From positions 1 through 36,680 of the forward strand of contig JBHHYG010000003.1 of the NCBI GenBank assembly GCA_046757445.1: a stretch of DNA of 36,680 nucleotides, read 5' to 3'. Below the pieces are notes generated by a model. That model was not told the origin of the DNA, ran no database searches, and saw only the letters and a list, made by a program, of their open reading frames with translations. Of this stretch, positions 1 to 7,899 are shown piece by piece. Position numbers and translations under genes: made by a program. Source of the stretch: Acidobacteriota bacterium. GTDB taxonomy: Bacteria; Acidobacteriota; UBA890. Every line of letters starts with the position of its first letter. Within the stretch, counting starts at the first letter, position 1.

Positions 1-330
1 TTGCCGCCAGCTCTCTTCACCGAGCTGGTCGAAGAGCCCCGGGGCCGGGCCACCGGCGTTGTTGACGAGGATGTCGACGGTGCCGAAGCGCTCGAGAGCG
101 GCGCTGGCCAGGCGCTCGATCTCCTCCACCCGGGTGAGGTCGGTGGAGACCGCCAGCACCTCCGTTCCAGCGGCCTCCAACTCCTTTGCCGCCCTCTCCA
201 GATTCGCCGCGGTACGGGCGCACAGCACCAGGTTGGCGCCGGCCGCGGCCATGCCTTTGGCAATCGCCAGGCCGAGTCCTGCGGAGGAACCTCCCACCAG
301 CGCCGTCCGCCCGTCGAGCCGGATCTTCAT
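1..330 (-). CDS. SDR-family oxidoreductase (FabG-like), 3' part outside window
   Basis: Manual minus-strand translation from ATG at 330: MKIRLDGRTALVGGSSAGLGLAIA...VDILVNNAGGP. Has the Rossmann GxxxGxG and NNAG motifs. ATGA overlap with the cupin stop. Confidence 0.9.
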   Translation of the reverse strand, partial: MKIRLDGRTALVGGSSAGLGLAIAKGMAAAGANLVLCARTAANLERAAKELEAAGTEVLAVSTDLTRVEEIERLASAALERFGTVDILVNNAGGPAPGLFDQLGEESWRQ

Positions 331-686
331 CCCTCACCCCGCAGATAGGCATCGTCACCGCTGAGCCAATCCTCGCGGATGGGGCTGAAGCAGTCCAGAT
401 CGAGGGTGTCCTCGAGGGCCACGGCAGCGTGCTCGACGTTCGACGGTATGAGCAGCGTCTCGCCGGCCCGCACGTCGACGGTGCTGCCGTCACCCAGGGT
501 GAACCGCAGGCCACCCTCGAGGATATAGGTGATCTGCTCGCTCTCATGATGATGGGCGGGAACCACCGCCCCCTTCTTCAGCGTCACAATGGCCGCCATC
601 ACCTTCTCGCCCGAGAGCACGCGGCGAGAAATGGTTGGCGAAAGGCGCTCGAGTGGCACCTCTTCCCACGGGGTATGTCGGACCAC
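327..686 (-). CDS. Cupin-domain protein
   Basis: Cupin motifs PAHHHESEQITY and IPSNVEH. GTG start at 686 follows an AGGAGG RBS. Confidence 0.9.
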   Translation of the reverse strand: MVRHTPWEEVPLERLSPTISRRVLSGEKVMAAIVTLKKGAVVPAHHHESEQITYILEGGLRFTLGDGSTVDVRAGETLLIPSNVEHAAVALEDTLDLDCFSPIREDWLSGDDAYLRGEG

Positions 687-848
687 GGGATCCTCCTGGG
701 CTAGCAAACGGGGCTGACCTGGGCTGCGGCCGCCGCTGCACGCTACAATGTGCTGGGGAGCGCACCGTAGCACGGTGATCAAGGAGCATCAACAAAACCC
801 CGTTGCGGTGATCGTGCAATTCTGCGGTGCCACGAGCAGGTTGAAACG

Positions 849-1556
849 TTGCGCCGAATTCTGATCGTCGCAGTCGCAGTCCTGTTGAGTACGGCCACCG
901 CGGTGCTCTACGAGGTCGTGATCGACGGGGTGGCGTTGCGGTCGCTGCCCGCCATCGTCGGCGTCTTTCTCGCCGCCTTCTCGATCACCAGCTACTTCGC
1001 CGTATGGACGGCCTCGAGCCTGGGGCTCCCGACCTTCTTGCTACTCTCTCCCCTACCCTCGCGCCACAAGTGGACGCGCTTCGCCGTCTACGGCGTCGGC
1101 GTCGGAATCGCCATCTCCCTCGTCAACAGCGCTCTCTACCATACGGCAGCGAGCACCCCGGTCCGCCCCTGGTACGCGGACAACCTCGACAGTCATCTCG
1201 ACATGCTGCTGCTCTCCGCCCGGGCGGGGTTGCTGGAGGAAACCTTCTACCGGCTCTTCGCGATTCCCTTTCTGGTGTCGCTGGGGATGCGCTTCTACGG
1301 CTGGCGGCCTCGCTTCGGCTTCGAGCCGGCGCGGGGCGAACCGTCACCGCCCGCCCCACGGCCTTCGAAGCTGATGATCGCGGGGGCCGTTATCCTCTCC
1401 GCCCTGCTGTTCGGCTTCGCCCATCGGTTCAACCCCGCTCCGGCAGTGGCGTTCGGCCTGATTCTGGGGCTCGTCTACCTGAAGGCCGGCTGGGAATCAG
1501 CGGTGGTGGCCCACTTCCTGGGCGATTATTTGCTGTTCGCCGGCATATACCTATAA
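849..1556 (+). CDS. CPBP-family (Abi/CAAX) intramembrane metalloprotease
   Basis: Multi-TM protein with EExxxR (EETFYR), FxxxH (FGFAH) and HxxxD (HFLGD) motifs. Confidence 0.88.
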   Translation: MRRILIVAVAVLLSTATAVLYEVVIDGVALRSLPAIVGVFLAAFSITSYFAVWTASSLGLPTFLLLSPLPSRHKWTRFAVYGVGVGIAISLVNSALYHTAASTPVRPWYADNLDSHLDMLLLSARAGLLEETFYRLFAIPFLVSLGMRFYGWRPRFGFEPARGEPSPPAPRPSKLMIAGAVILSALLFGFAHRFNPAPAVAFGLILGLVYLKAGWESAVVAHFLGDYLLFAGIYL

Positions 1557-1714
1557 GAAAACGATCGAGGTTTAAGAGCGCCCCAGGCATGGGAGCGTGA
1601 GGGATAGGAGCGCGAAGTAAAGGGTGGGTGCAGAGACGAAACCTTTATGGCGGGGTATCCGTCAGATAGGATGAGGCTGCTCGTTGCTGTGCTGCGCCTG
1701 CCGGGGAGGTGCTG

Positions 1715-2026
1715 ATGTTCGAGTTGCTGGGGGTCGTGCTGATCGCGGCAGTGGTCGGAGCCGTGATCCTGGCGGGCTGGCTGCTGCTGTTGCCCTTCTA
1801 CCTTCTCTTCCGCTTGGCCGGCTTCGCGCTCAAGTTCACCTTCGGCGGCATCTTGCTGCTGCTGGGCGCACTGATCTTGCTGCCGCTGGCCTTGATCATC
1901 GGCGCCATCTTGCTGCTCAAGCTGATCTTCATCGTCATACCGTTGCTGCTCTTGGGGCTGATGATCTGGTGGCTGGCCGGCTTTCTGCGCCCGCGCAGCC
2001 GCGAGCCGTTGAGAAGTTCGGGCTAG
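1715..2026 (+). CDS. Small hydrophobic membrane protein, unknown function
   Basis: GGAGG RBS before GTG 1709/ATG 1715. Almost entirely Leu/Ile/Phe-rich. C-terminus is encoded by a repeat copy. Confidence 0.7.
   Translation: MFELLGVVLIAAVVGAVILAGWLLLLPFYLLFRLAGFALKFTFGGILLLLGALILLPLALIIGAILLLKLIFIVIPLLLLGLMIWWLAGFLRPRSREPLRSSG
1986..2026 (-). repeat. MITE-like palindromic repeat, partial copy 1 (one end)
   Basis: Reverse complement CTAGCCCGAACTTCTCAACGGCTCGCGGCTGCGCGGGCGCA closely matches the copies at 16743 and 36627. Confidence 0.85.
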
Positions 2027-3009
2027 GGCTGTAGGTCTACAAGATCCAGTAAAGCCCGCCGCACCTCGACGCGGGCCATCTTCTTGCGCCAGTAGAGGGT
2101 CAGGTCGGCGTTGTCCAGTGGCGTTGCCGCCGCGGCTGCGGCCTCTGCCGCCGCCTCGATGAGCTCCGGGCTGAGCGTTTCACCCACCATCAACCGCTCT
2201 GCCTCGACGACTTCGACGGGATGGGTGTGGACGGCACCGAGAACGATCTTTGCCCGCCGCGCCCTACCGTCTTCAATCTCGAGGGCTGTGGCGACGCCGA
2301 GAATGGGAAAATCGAAGCTGCCTCGGCGGCGCACCTTTCGGTAGCTGCAGCGCAACCCGGCAGCGGCGGGAACGACGATGCGGATGAGGATCTCGTTGGG
2401 CTGCCGGGTCAAGTAGTTGATGCCATCGTCCTGGTAAAGGGCCTCGACCGGTATCGTTCGCTCCCCGGCAACACCGGCGAGCACCACTTCTGCCCCGAGG
2501 CTGATCAGCACCGGCGCCGTATCGCTGGAAGAGATGGCCCAGCATTTCCGGCTGCCGGGGGCCACCAGGCAGACGGCACCGTCCTTCTTCATGCAGAAGC
2601 CGATCGACTTCCGCCACTCATGGGTCTGGTTGTAGTAGTTGCAGCGGGTGTCGACGCACAAGTTGCCACCCAGGGTGCCCATCCGCTGGATCTGGGGGTT
2701 GGCGATCTGCGAGGCCGCCTGGGCCAGCGCCGGAAAGCGAGATCGCACCGCCTCGGAGCGGCCGAGCTGGTAGAGGGTCACTCCGGAGCCTAGCAGCAAG
2801 CCCGCGCCATCGGCGTCGATGGCCCGTAGCTCGCCGAGGCCCTGCAGAGATACCAGCACCGCGGGTTCGAACTGGCGGCGCTTGAGGTTCGGCAACAGGT
2901 CAGTACCGCCCGCCACGAGCATGGCCCGGCCGCCACCCTCCGCCATCATCTGCGTTGCCTCCTCGAGCGTGGCGGGACGCCGGTACTCGAAGGGCGGCAA
3001 TCTCAGCAT
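2023..3009 (-). CDS. hcrB: 4-hydroxybenzoyl-CoA reductase-like FAD/[4Fe-4S] (beta) subunit
   Basis: AGGTDL and TLGGNL FAD motifs, plus the Cys-rich insertion (RCNYYNQTHEWRKSIGFCMKKDGAVCLVAPGSRKC) typical of HcrB-type subunits. Confidence 0.85.
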   Translation of the reverse strand: MLRLPPFEYRRPATLEEATQMMAEGGGRAMLVAGGTDLLPNLKRRQFEPAVLVSLQGLGELRAIDADGAGLLLGSGVTLYQLGRSEAVRSRFPALAQAASQIANPQIQRMGTLGGNLCVDTRCNYYNQTHEWRKSIGFCMKKDGAVCLVAPGSRKCWAISSSDTAPVLISLGAEVVLAGVAGERTIPVEALYQDDGINYLTRQPNEILIRIVVPAAAGLRCSYRKVRRRGSFDFPILGVATALEIEDGRARRAKIVLGAVHTHPVEVVEAERLMVGETLSPELIEAAAEAAAAAATPLDNADLTLYWRKKMARVEVRRALLDLVDLQP

Positions 3010-5525
3010 GGTTTTTCTCCCTCGCGGCGAGTGGTAGGAACCCAGTTCTCAGGCTCGTCGCCATACCAGACCGGATCGACGTGGATCGGCTCCGGCCACT
3101 CGACCTGAGGCACCTTCTCCGGACCCACCGCGGCCCCTTGCCCCTTCTCGGAACCCACCTGGCGTGCCCTACCCTTGTCGGGACCCACCTGGGCCCTTGG
3201 CTCCTTATCGGGACCCAGTAGGCCGGGTTCGCCTCCAGCAGCCCCTGCCAACCCCTCGAGCACCTTCTCGGGGGTGATCGGCAGCTCGCGGATGCGCACG
3301 CCGACGGCGTCGTAGAGGGCGTTGGCGACCGCCGGCGGCACCGGCAGCAAGGGTCCCTGCCCCGCCTCCTTGGCGCCGAACGGGCCCTCACCGTCGAGGC
3401 TCTCCACCAGGAAGGTCTCCACTTCGGGCATTTCCAGGAAAGTCGGGCTCTTGTACTCGAGCATCGACGGGAACTTGTGCAGCCCCTTCCGGAAGACTTG
3501 CTCTTCCATGAAGATCTCGCCGAGCGCCATGTAGACGGAACCCTCCACCTGGCCCTCGACGAGCACCGGGTTGATGGCCCGCCCACAGTCGTGCGCGATC
3601 CAGATCTTCTCGGGGGTCACGATGCCGGTTTCGGGATCGACCCCCAGTAGCGCCACGCAGGCGGAGTAGGAGTAGGCCGGTGCCGGACCAACCCCCGAGC
3701 CCTTGAACGGCCCGGCCAGCTTTTGTGGTCTGTAGGAGCCGGTAGCGGTCAGCTGCCCGTAGCGGCTCTCGGCCAGCGGCACCGCCTCCTGGAAGGAGAG
3801 CTGCCTGCCGGACGGCGGGTGGACGATCTGCCCCGCCCGTGCCACCAGCTCCGCTGCCGGCACCTCCAGCTTGTCGGCGGCGGCGGCGAGGATCTTGTCG
3901 CGGATCTCCTCTGCTGCCTGCTGCGCCGCCCTGCCCATCATGAAAGTGACGCGGCTCGAGTAGGAACCGAGGTCGATGGGCGTGGTGTCGGTGTCGGCGG
4001 TGGTCAGCTGCACCTCCTGCGGGTGGATGCCGAGCACCTCGGCCACCACCATGGCGAGCACCGTGTCGGAGCCCTGGCCGATGTCGATCTCCATGCACTT
4101 GGCGCTGACGCCGCCGCCGCGATCGACCTTGAGGTCCACCGAGGTATGCGGCATGTCGTTCCAGTAGATCGGCAGCCCGGCACCGGTCAGGTAGGAGCCG
4201 ACGCCCAGGCCGATGCCTTTGCCGAAGGGCAGGTGGCGGTGGCGGCGGCTGAAATCGGAGGCCTCGACGACCTTGTCGATGCACTCCTTCAGTCCACAGG
4301 AGGTAATGCGCAGATGGTTGACGGTCATCGAGTACTCGTCGACACAGATCGACTTTCGGTAAGCGGCCGGGTCGAGGCCGAGCGCCTCGGCGATCTCGTC
4401 GATCTGGCACTCCAGTGCGTAGCGGGGCTGCGGCGTGGCGTGCCCGCGCTTGGGGCCGCAGGGAGGCTTGTTGGTGAACACCCTCAGGCCCCGGAAGCGA
4501 TAGGCGGGAACCTTGTAGGTAACCGTCTGCAGGGCGCCGGTGTAGTAGGTGCTGGCGACCCCGTAGCTGCCATAGGCGCCGCCATCGACGAACGACTGGA
4601 AATCGATGGCGGTGATGGTGCCGTCCCGCTTGACGCCGGTCTTGATCGACATCAGCACCGGGTGTCGGCCGCGATGCATGTAGAAGACCTCCTCCCGCAG
4701 CAGGGTGATCTTTACCGGCCGGCCGGTGAGCATGGCGAGCTTGGCGGCGCAGAACTCGTGCGGGAAAGGGTCGGACTTACCGCCGAAGCCGCCCCCCACC
4801 GGTGTGGCGATCACGCGGATGCGGCTGGCCGGTATCTGCAGCACCTGCGCCAGGGCCTTGTGGACATAATGTGGGGTCTGGGTGGACGACCAGAGCGTCA
4901 GCTTGCCGTCGGCGCCGTAGCGGGCGACGGCGCAATGTTGCTCCATCGGCAGATGGGTGCTACCGCCGTAGAAGTAGATGCCCTCGAAGATCTCGTCGGC
5001 GGCGGCAAAGCCCGCCTCGACGTCACCGTACTGCAAGGCCACCTGCTTGTGCAGGTTGCCCCGCGGCCCGTAGTCGTGGATCCGCTCCAGTCCTTCGACT
5101 CTCTCCAGCCCCGACTCGATGGTGAAGGCGGTAGGCAGCTCCTCGTACTCCACCTCGATGAGCCGCAGCGCTTCTTCGCAGGTGAACTCGTCGACGGCGG
5201 CGACAGCGGCGATGGGGTCGCCGACGAAACGCACGCGGTCGATCTCGAGCGGGTACTCGTCCTCGCTCACCGGCAAGATGCCGTACTTGACCGGCAAGTC
5301 CTTGCCGGTGATCACCGCCATGACGCCGGGGAGCGCCTCGGCCTTGGCGGTATCGATATCGAGGATGCGGGCGTGCGGCCGGTGGCTGCCGAGCAGTCTG
5401 CCGGTGAGCATGCGCGGCAGCTGCAGATCGTCGGCGTAGACGGTCTCGCCGGCGGCCTTCTCCAAGCCATCGACCTTGGCCAGCGGCTTGCCGATGATGG
5501 CCAGCTTCTCCGACCCCTGGCTCAT
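3003..5525 (-). CDS. hcrA: Xanthine-oxidase-family molybdopterin subunit, HcrA-like
   Basis: Motifs GGGFGGK, RGH, DIGQG, GSYSSR, GQVEG and GPFGAKE. ATGA overlap with hcrC. Flanked by hcrC- and hcrB-like genes. Confidence 0.8.
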   Translation of the reverse strand: MSQGSEKLAIIGKPLAKVDGLEKAAGETVYADDLQLPRMLTGRLLGSHRPHARILDIDTAKAEALPGVMAVITGKDLPVKYGILPVSEDEYPLEIDRVRFVGDPIAAVAAVDEFTCEEALRLIEVEYEELPTAFTIESGLERVEGLERIHDYGPRGNLHKQVALQYGDVEAGFAAADEIFEGIYFYGGSTHLPMEQHCAVARYGADGKLTLWSSTQTPHYVHKALAQVLQIPASRIRVIATPVGGGFGGKSDPFPHEFCAAKLAMLTGRPVKITLLREEVFYMHRGRHPVLMSIKTGVKRDGTITAIDFQSFVDGGAYGSYGVASTYYTGALQTVTYKVPAYRFRGLRVFTNKPPCGPKRGHATPQPRYALECQIDEIAEALGLDPAAYRKSICVDEYSMTVNHLRITSCGLKECIDKVVEASDFSRRHRHLPFGKGIGLGVGSYLTGAGLPIYWNDMPHTSVDLKVDRGGGVSAKCMEIDIGQGSDTVLAMVVAEVLGIHPQEVQLTTADTDTTPIDLGSYSSRVTFMMGRAAQQAAEEIRDKILAAAADKLEVPAAELVARAGQIVHPPSGRQLSFQEAVPLAESRYGQLTATGSYRPQKLAGPFKGSGVGPAPAYSYSACVALLGVDPETGIVTPEKIWIAHDCGRAINPVLVEGQVEGSVYMALGEIFMEEQVFRKGLHKFPSMLEYKSPTFLEMPEVETFLVESLDGEGPFGAKEAGQGPLLPVPPAVANALYDAVGVRIRELPITPEKVLEGLAGAAGGEPGLLGPDKEPRAQVGPDKGRARQVGSEKGQGAAVGPEKVPQVEWPEPIHVDPVWYGDEPENWVPTTRREGEKPC
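3113..3217. repeat. In-frame 30-bp tandem repeat (about 3.5 copies) in the hcrA 3' end
   Basis: CCTT-T-C-G-ACCCA-type units recur at 3113, 3143, 3173 and 3203, encoding LGPDKEPRAQ/VGPDKGRARQ/VGSEKGQGAA/VGPEK. Confidence 0.9.
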
Positions 5526-6217
5526 AGCCGCTCCACCTCGGAGCCTGCACCCCGGCAACCGGCACGAAACTCTGCAGCGGCGCTGCCCCGCTCGCCCTCC
5601 ACCGGCACCGGCAGTGGCAGCGACCCGGGTCCCTCATCTCCGGCGCTACCATGTTTGCCTTCTACGGGGGGGATTGGATCCGGCATCGACTCTGGAGGCT
5701 GTGGGCCGATCGGGCGATGCTCCGGGTCGGGGTCTCCGGACGCGGCCCTCCGGGCGATGCGCTCGGCGGCCAGCTCGACGGCCTCGAGGATCTGCAGGTA
5801 GCCGGTGCAGCGGCAAAGGTTGCCGGCAAGGTAGGCGGCAATCTCCTGCCGTCGTGGTGCCGGCTGCTCCTCCAGCAAGGCCTTCGCCGCCATCAGGATG
5901 CCGGGGGTGCAATAGCCGCACTGCGCCGCCCCGAGCTCGGCGAAGGCCACCTGCAGCTCGTGTGGTCGTCCGTTGCGAGCCAGACCCTCGATGGTCTCGA
6001 TTTGCCGTCCTTGGAGGTCGACAGGCAGGCCGAGACAGGAGAGATAGGGCTCGCCGTCGACCAACACCGTGCAGGTGCCACACTCCCCTAGCTCGCAGCC
6101 GTGTTTGGTGCCGGTGAGCCCGAGATCCTCGCGCAACACCTCGAGCAGAGTCTTGTATACAGGGACCAGCAGCTCGTGCTCCTCGCCGTTGACCTGCAGC
6201 CGTATGCGTTCCTTCAT
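5522..6217 (-). CDS. hcrC: 2x[2Fe-2S] (gamma) subunit, HcrC/CoxS-like
   Basis: GCELGECGTC...C and QCGYC...NLCRC motifs. Pro-rich C-terminal tail. Confidence 0.88.
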   Translation of the reverse strand: MKERIRLQVNGEEHELLVPVYKTLLEVLREDLGLTGTKHGCELGECGTCTVLVDGEPYLSCLGLPVDLQGRQIETIEGLARNGRPHELQVAFAELGAAQCGYCTPGILMAAKALLEEQPAPRRQEIAAYLAGNLCRCTGYLQILEAVELAAERIARRAASGDPDPEHRPIGPQPPESMPDPIPPVEGKHGSAGDEGPGSLPLPVPVEGERGSAAAEFRAGCRGAGSEVERL

Positions 6218-6275
6218 CGGCAAGCTTTTTTCTACCCTGTTCGCAGACCAAGGCCAGCATACCCGACGCCGCTCC

Positions 6276-7055
6276 TCAACGGTGGTGCCAGTCGGGCTCT
6301 CTCTTCTCGATGAAGGCGCGGATGCCCTCGGCCATATCCTCGGTGGCCGTCAGTTGCCGAAGATAGAGCTGTTCGGAGCGCTCCAGCGCCCGTCCCCAGG
6401 CCTCCTCGCTGGCGGCATGGATCGCCTTGCGGGTGATGCGCAGGGCCGCGCGGCTGAGCCCGCCGAGGCGATCCAGGAGGGCGTCGGTCTCGACCTCCAG
6501 CCGGTCGTCCGGCACAACCCAGTTGACCAACCCATAGCCGGCGGCTGTCGAAGCCGTGATCGGCTCCCCCAGATAGAGCAGCTGGCAGGCGCGGTGATGG
6601 CCGATACGGCCTGGCAGGATGGCGGCAGCGACGGGCGGAAAACAGCCGAGCTTGATCTCCGGCTGGCCGAAACGGCTGCTGTTGCCAGCCACCACCAGGT
6701 CACAGGCACTGACCAGCTCGCAGCCACCACCGAGAGCCGCTCCCTGCACCACGGCCAGGGTCACCGGTTCGAGGCTCCAGAGCCGGCGAAGGAGGCGGTG
6801 AAAAGACTCCAGCATGGTTTCCACGCGCTCGGGCGTGTGGGCCTCGACGTCGACGCCGGCGCAGAATGCCTTCTCTCCGGCGCCGTGCAGGACGAGCACC
6901 GACAGGTCGGCCTTGTCGGCGGCAACCTGTAAGGCACGGTCGAGCTCGTCGATAACCTCCAGGGTGAGGACGTTGACCGGCGGGTTGTCGATCGTCAGGT
7001 GGACAACTTGCCCTTGTTCTTGGTAGCGGATGGTTTGAAAGTCAGCACTCGCCAT
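6276..7055 (-). CDS. Enoyl-CoA hydratase, cyclohexadienoyl-CoA hydratase (Dch/BamR)-like
   Basis: AGVDVEAH, GGGCEL and FGQPEIKLGCFPP resemble the Dch subfamily as recalled. Start could be GTG 7061. Confidence 0.75.
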   Translation of the reverse strand: MASADFQTIRYQEQGQVVHLTIDNPPVNVLTLEVIDELDRALQVAADKADLSVLVLHGAGEKAFCAGVDVEAHTPERVETMLESFHRLLRRLWSLEPVTLAVVQGAALGGGCELVSACDLVVAGNSSRFGQPEIKLGCFPPVAAAILPGRIGHHRACQLLYLGEPITASTAAGYGLVNWVVPDDRLEVETDALLDRLGGLSRAALRITRKAIHAASEEAWGRALERSEQLYLRQLTATEDMAEGIRAFIEKREPDWHHR

Positions 7056-7107
7056 CGTCACTCACACCCTGAGGGCATCGTCGGACGACCCCTTGCGGCC
7101 CGCACCA

Positions 7108-7899
7108 CTACTTGCCCCGGAAACGGGCCGGCCGCTGCTCCAGGAAGGCGGCCAGCCCCTCGGCGAAATCCTCGCTGTTGAAGCAAGCCTCCTGGGCTTC
7201 TACCTCCCGTGCCAGCGCTTGCTCGAGAGAGCCCTCGATGCCGGCGCGGATCAGATACTTGGCATGACTCACTGCTTCTCGTGCGACGCCTTTCGTGGTG
7301 GCGATCCGCTGTGCCGTCGCGCGCAACTCCTCCTCGTCGACGAGCTCGTGAACCAGGCCTACTTGCGCTGCCTCCGCCGCCGGAATCAGTCGCCCGCTGA
7401 GCACCATTTCGAGCGCCCGTGCGGGGCCGACGAGCCGCGGTAGCCAGAAGCTCGCTCCCCAATCAGGCGCCAGGCCGAGCTTGCCCCAGGTCGCGCCGAA
7501 GCGTGCCCCCAGCGTCGCCACCCTGATGTCACAGGCCAGGGCCAGGGCCAATCCGGCCCCGGCGGCGACACCGTTGACAGCGGCCACCGTCAGGCCCGGA
7601 AACGCCTGCAGCGACAGGATCACCTCCGCCCCGGCGTGCAGCAGAGCGCGGAAGCCGGCCTCGTCACCCTGCCGGCGTAACGCCGCCATGGCGTCGACGT
7701 CGCCGCCGGCACAGAAGGCGGCGCCAGCGCCGGTGACGACCAGCGCCCTGACCTCCCCCGCCTCCGCCGCCTCTTTGATACGGGAGCGCAGCTGCTCCCG
7801 CATCTGTCCGGCCAGGGAGTTCAGTTTGTCCGGCCGCTCGAGCGTGATCCAACCGACATGCCCGCTACGCTCGTAGCCGATGTGGCCACCAGCACTCAC
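7108..7899 (-). CDS. Crotonase-family isomerase, PaaG-like
   Basis: FCAGGD. GAGLALAL lacks the first catalytic Glu. GLAPDWG carries the Asp typical of PaaG-type isomerases. GTGA overlap with the thiolase stop. Confidence 0.8.
   Translation of the reverse strand: MSAGGHIGYERSGHVGWITLERPDKLNSLAGQMREQLRSRIKEAAEAGEVRALVVTGAGAAFCAGGDVDAMAALRRQGDEAGFRALLHAGAEVILSLQAFPGLTVAAVNGVAAGAGLALALACDIRVATLGARFGATWGKLGLAPDWGASFWLPRLVGPARALEMVLSGRLIPAAEAAQVGLVHELVDEEELRATAQRIATTKGVAREAVSHAKYLIRAGIEGSLEQALAREVEAQEACFNSEDFAEGLAAFLEQRPARFRGK

Noticed and set aside
3113-3217. Possible CRISPR-like array
   Set aside because: 30-bp period, in frame within a CDS, no unique spacers and no cas genes.
3723-5801. 692-aa plus-strand ORF
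   Set aside because: Antisense shadow of hcrA/hcrC, typical of high-GC DNA, with no recognisable motifs.
5522-6217. Aerobic CO dehydrogenase (coxSLM) interpretation
   Set aside because: The large subunit lacks AYxCSFR/AYRGAGR, and the FAD subunit has the HcrB-type Fe-S insertion.
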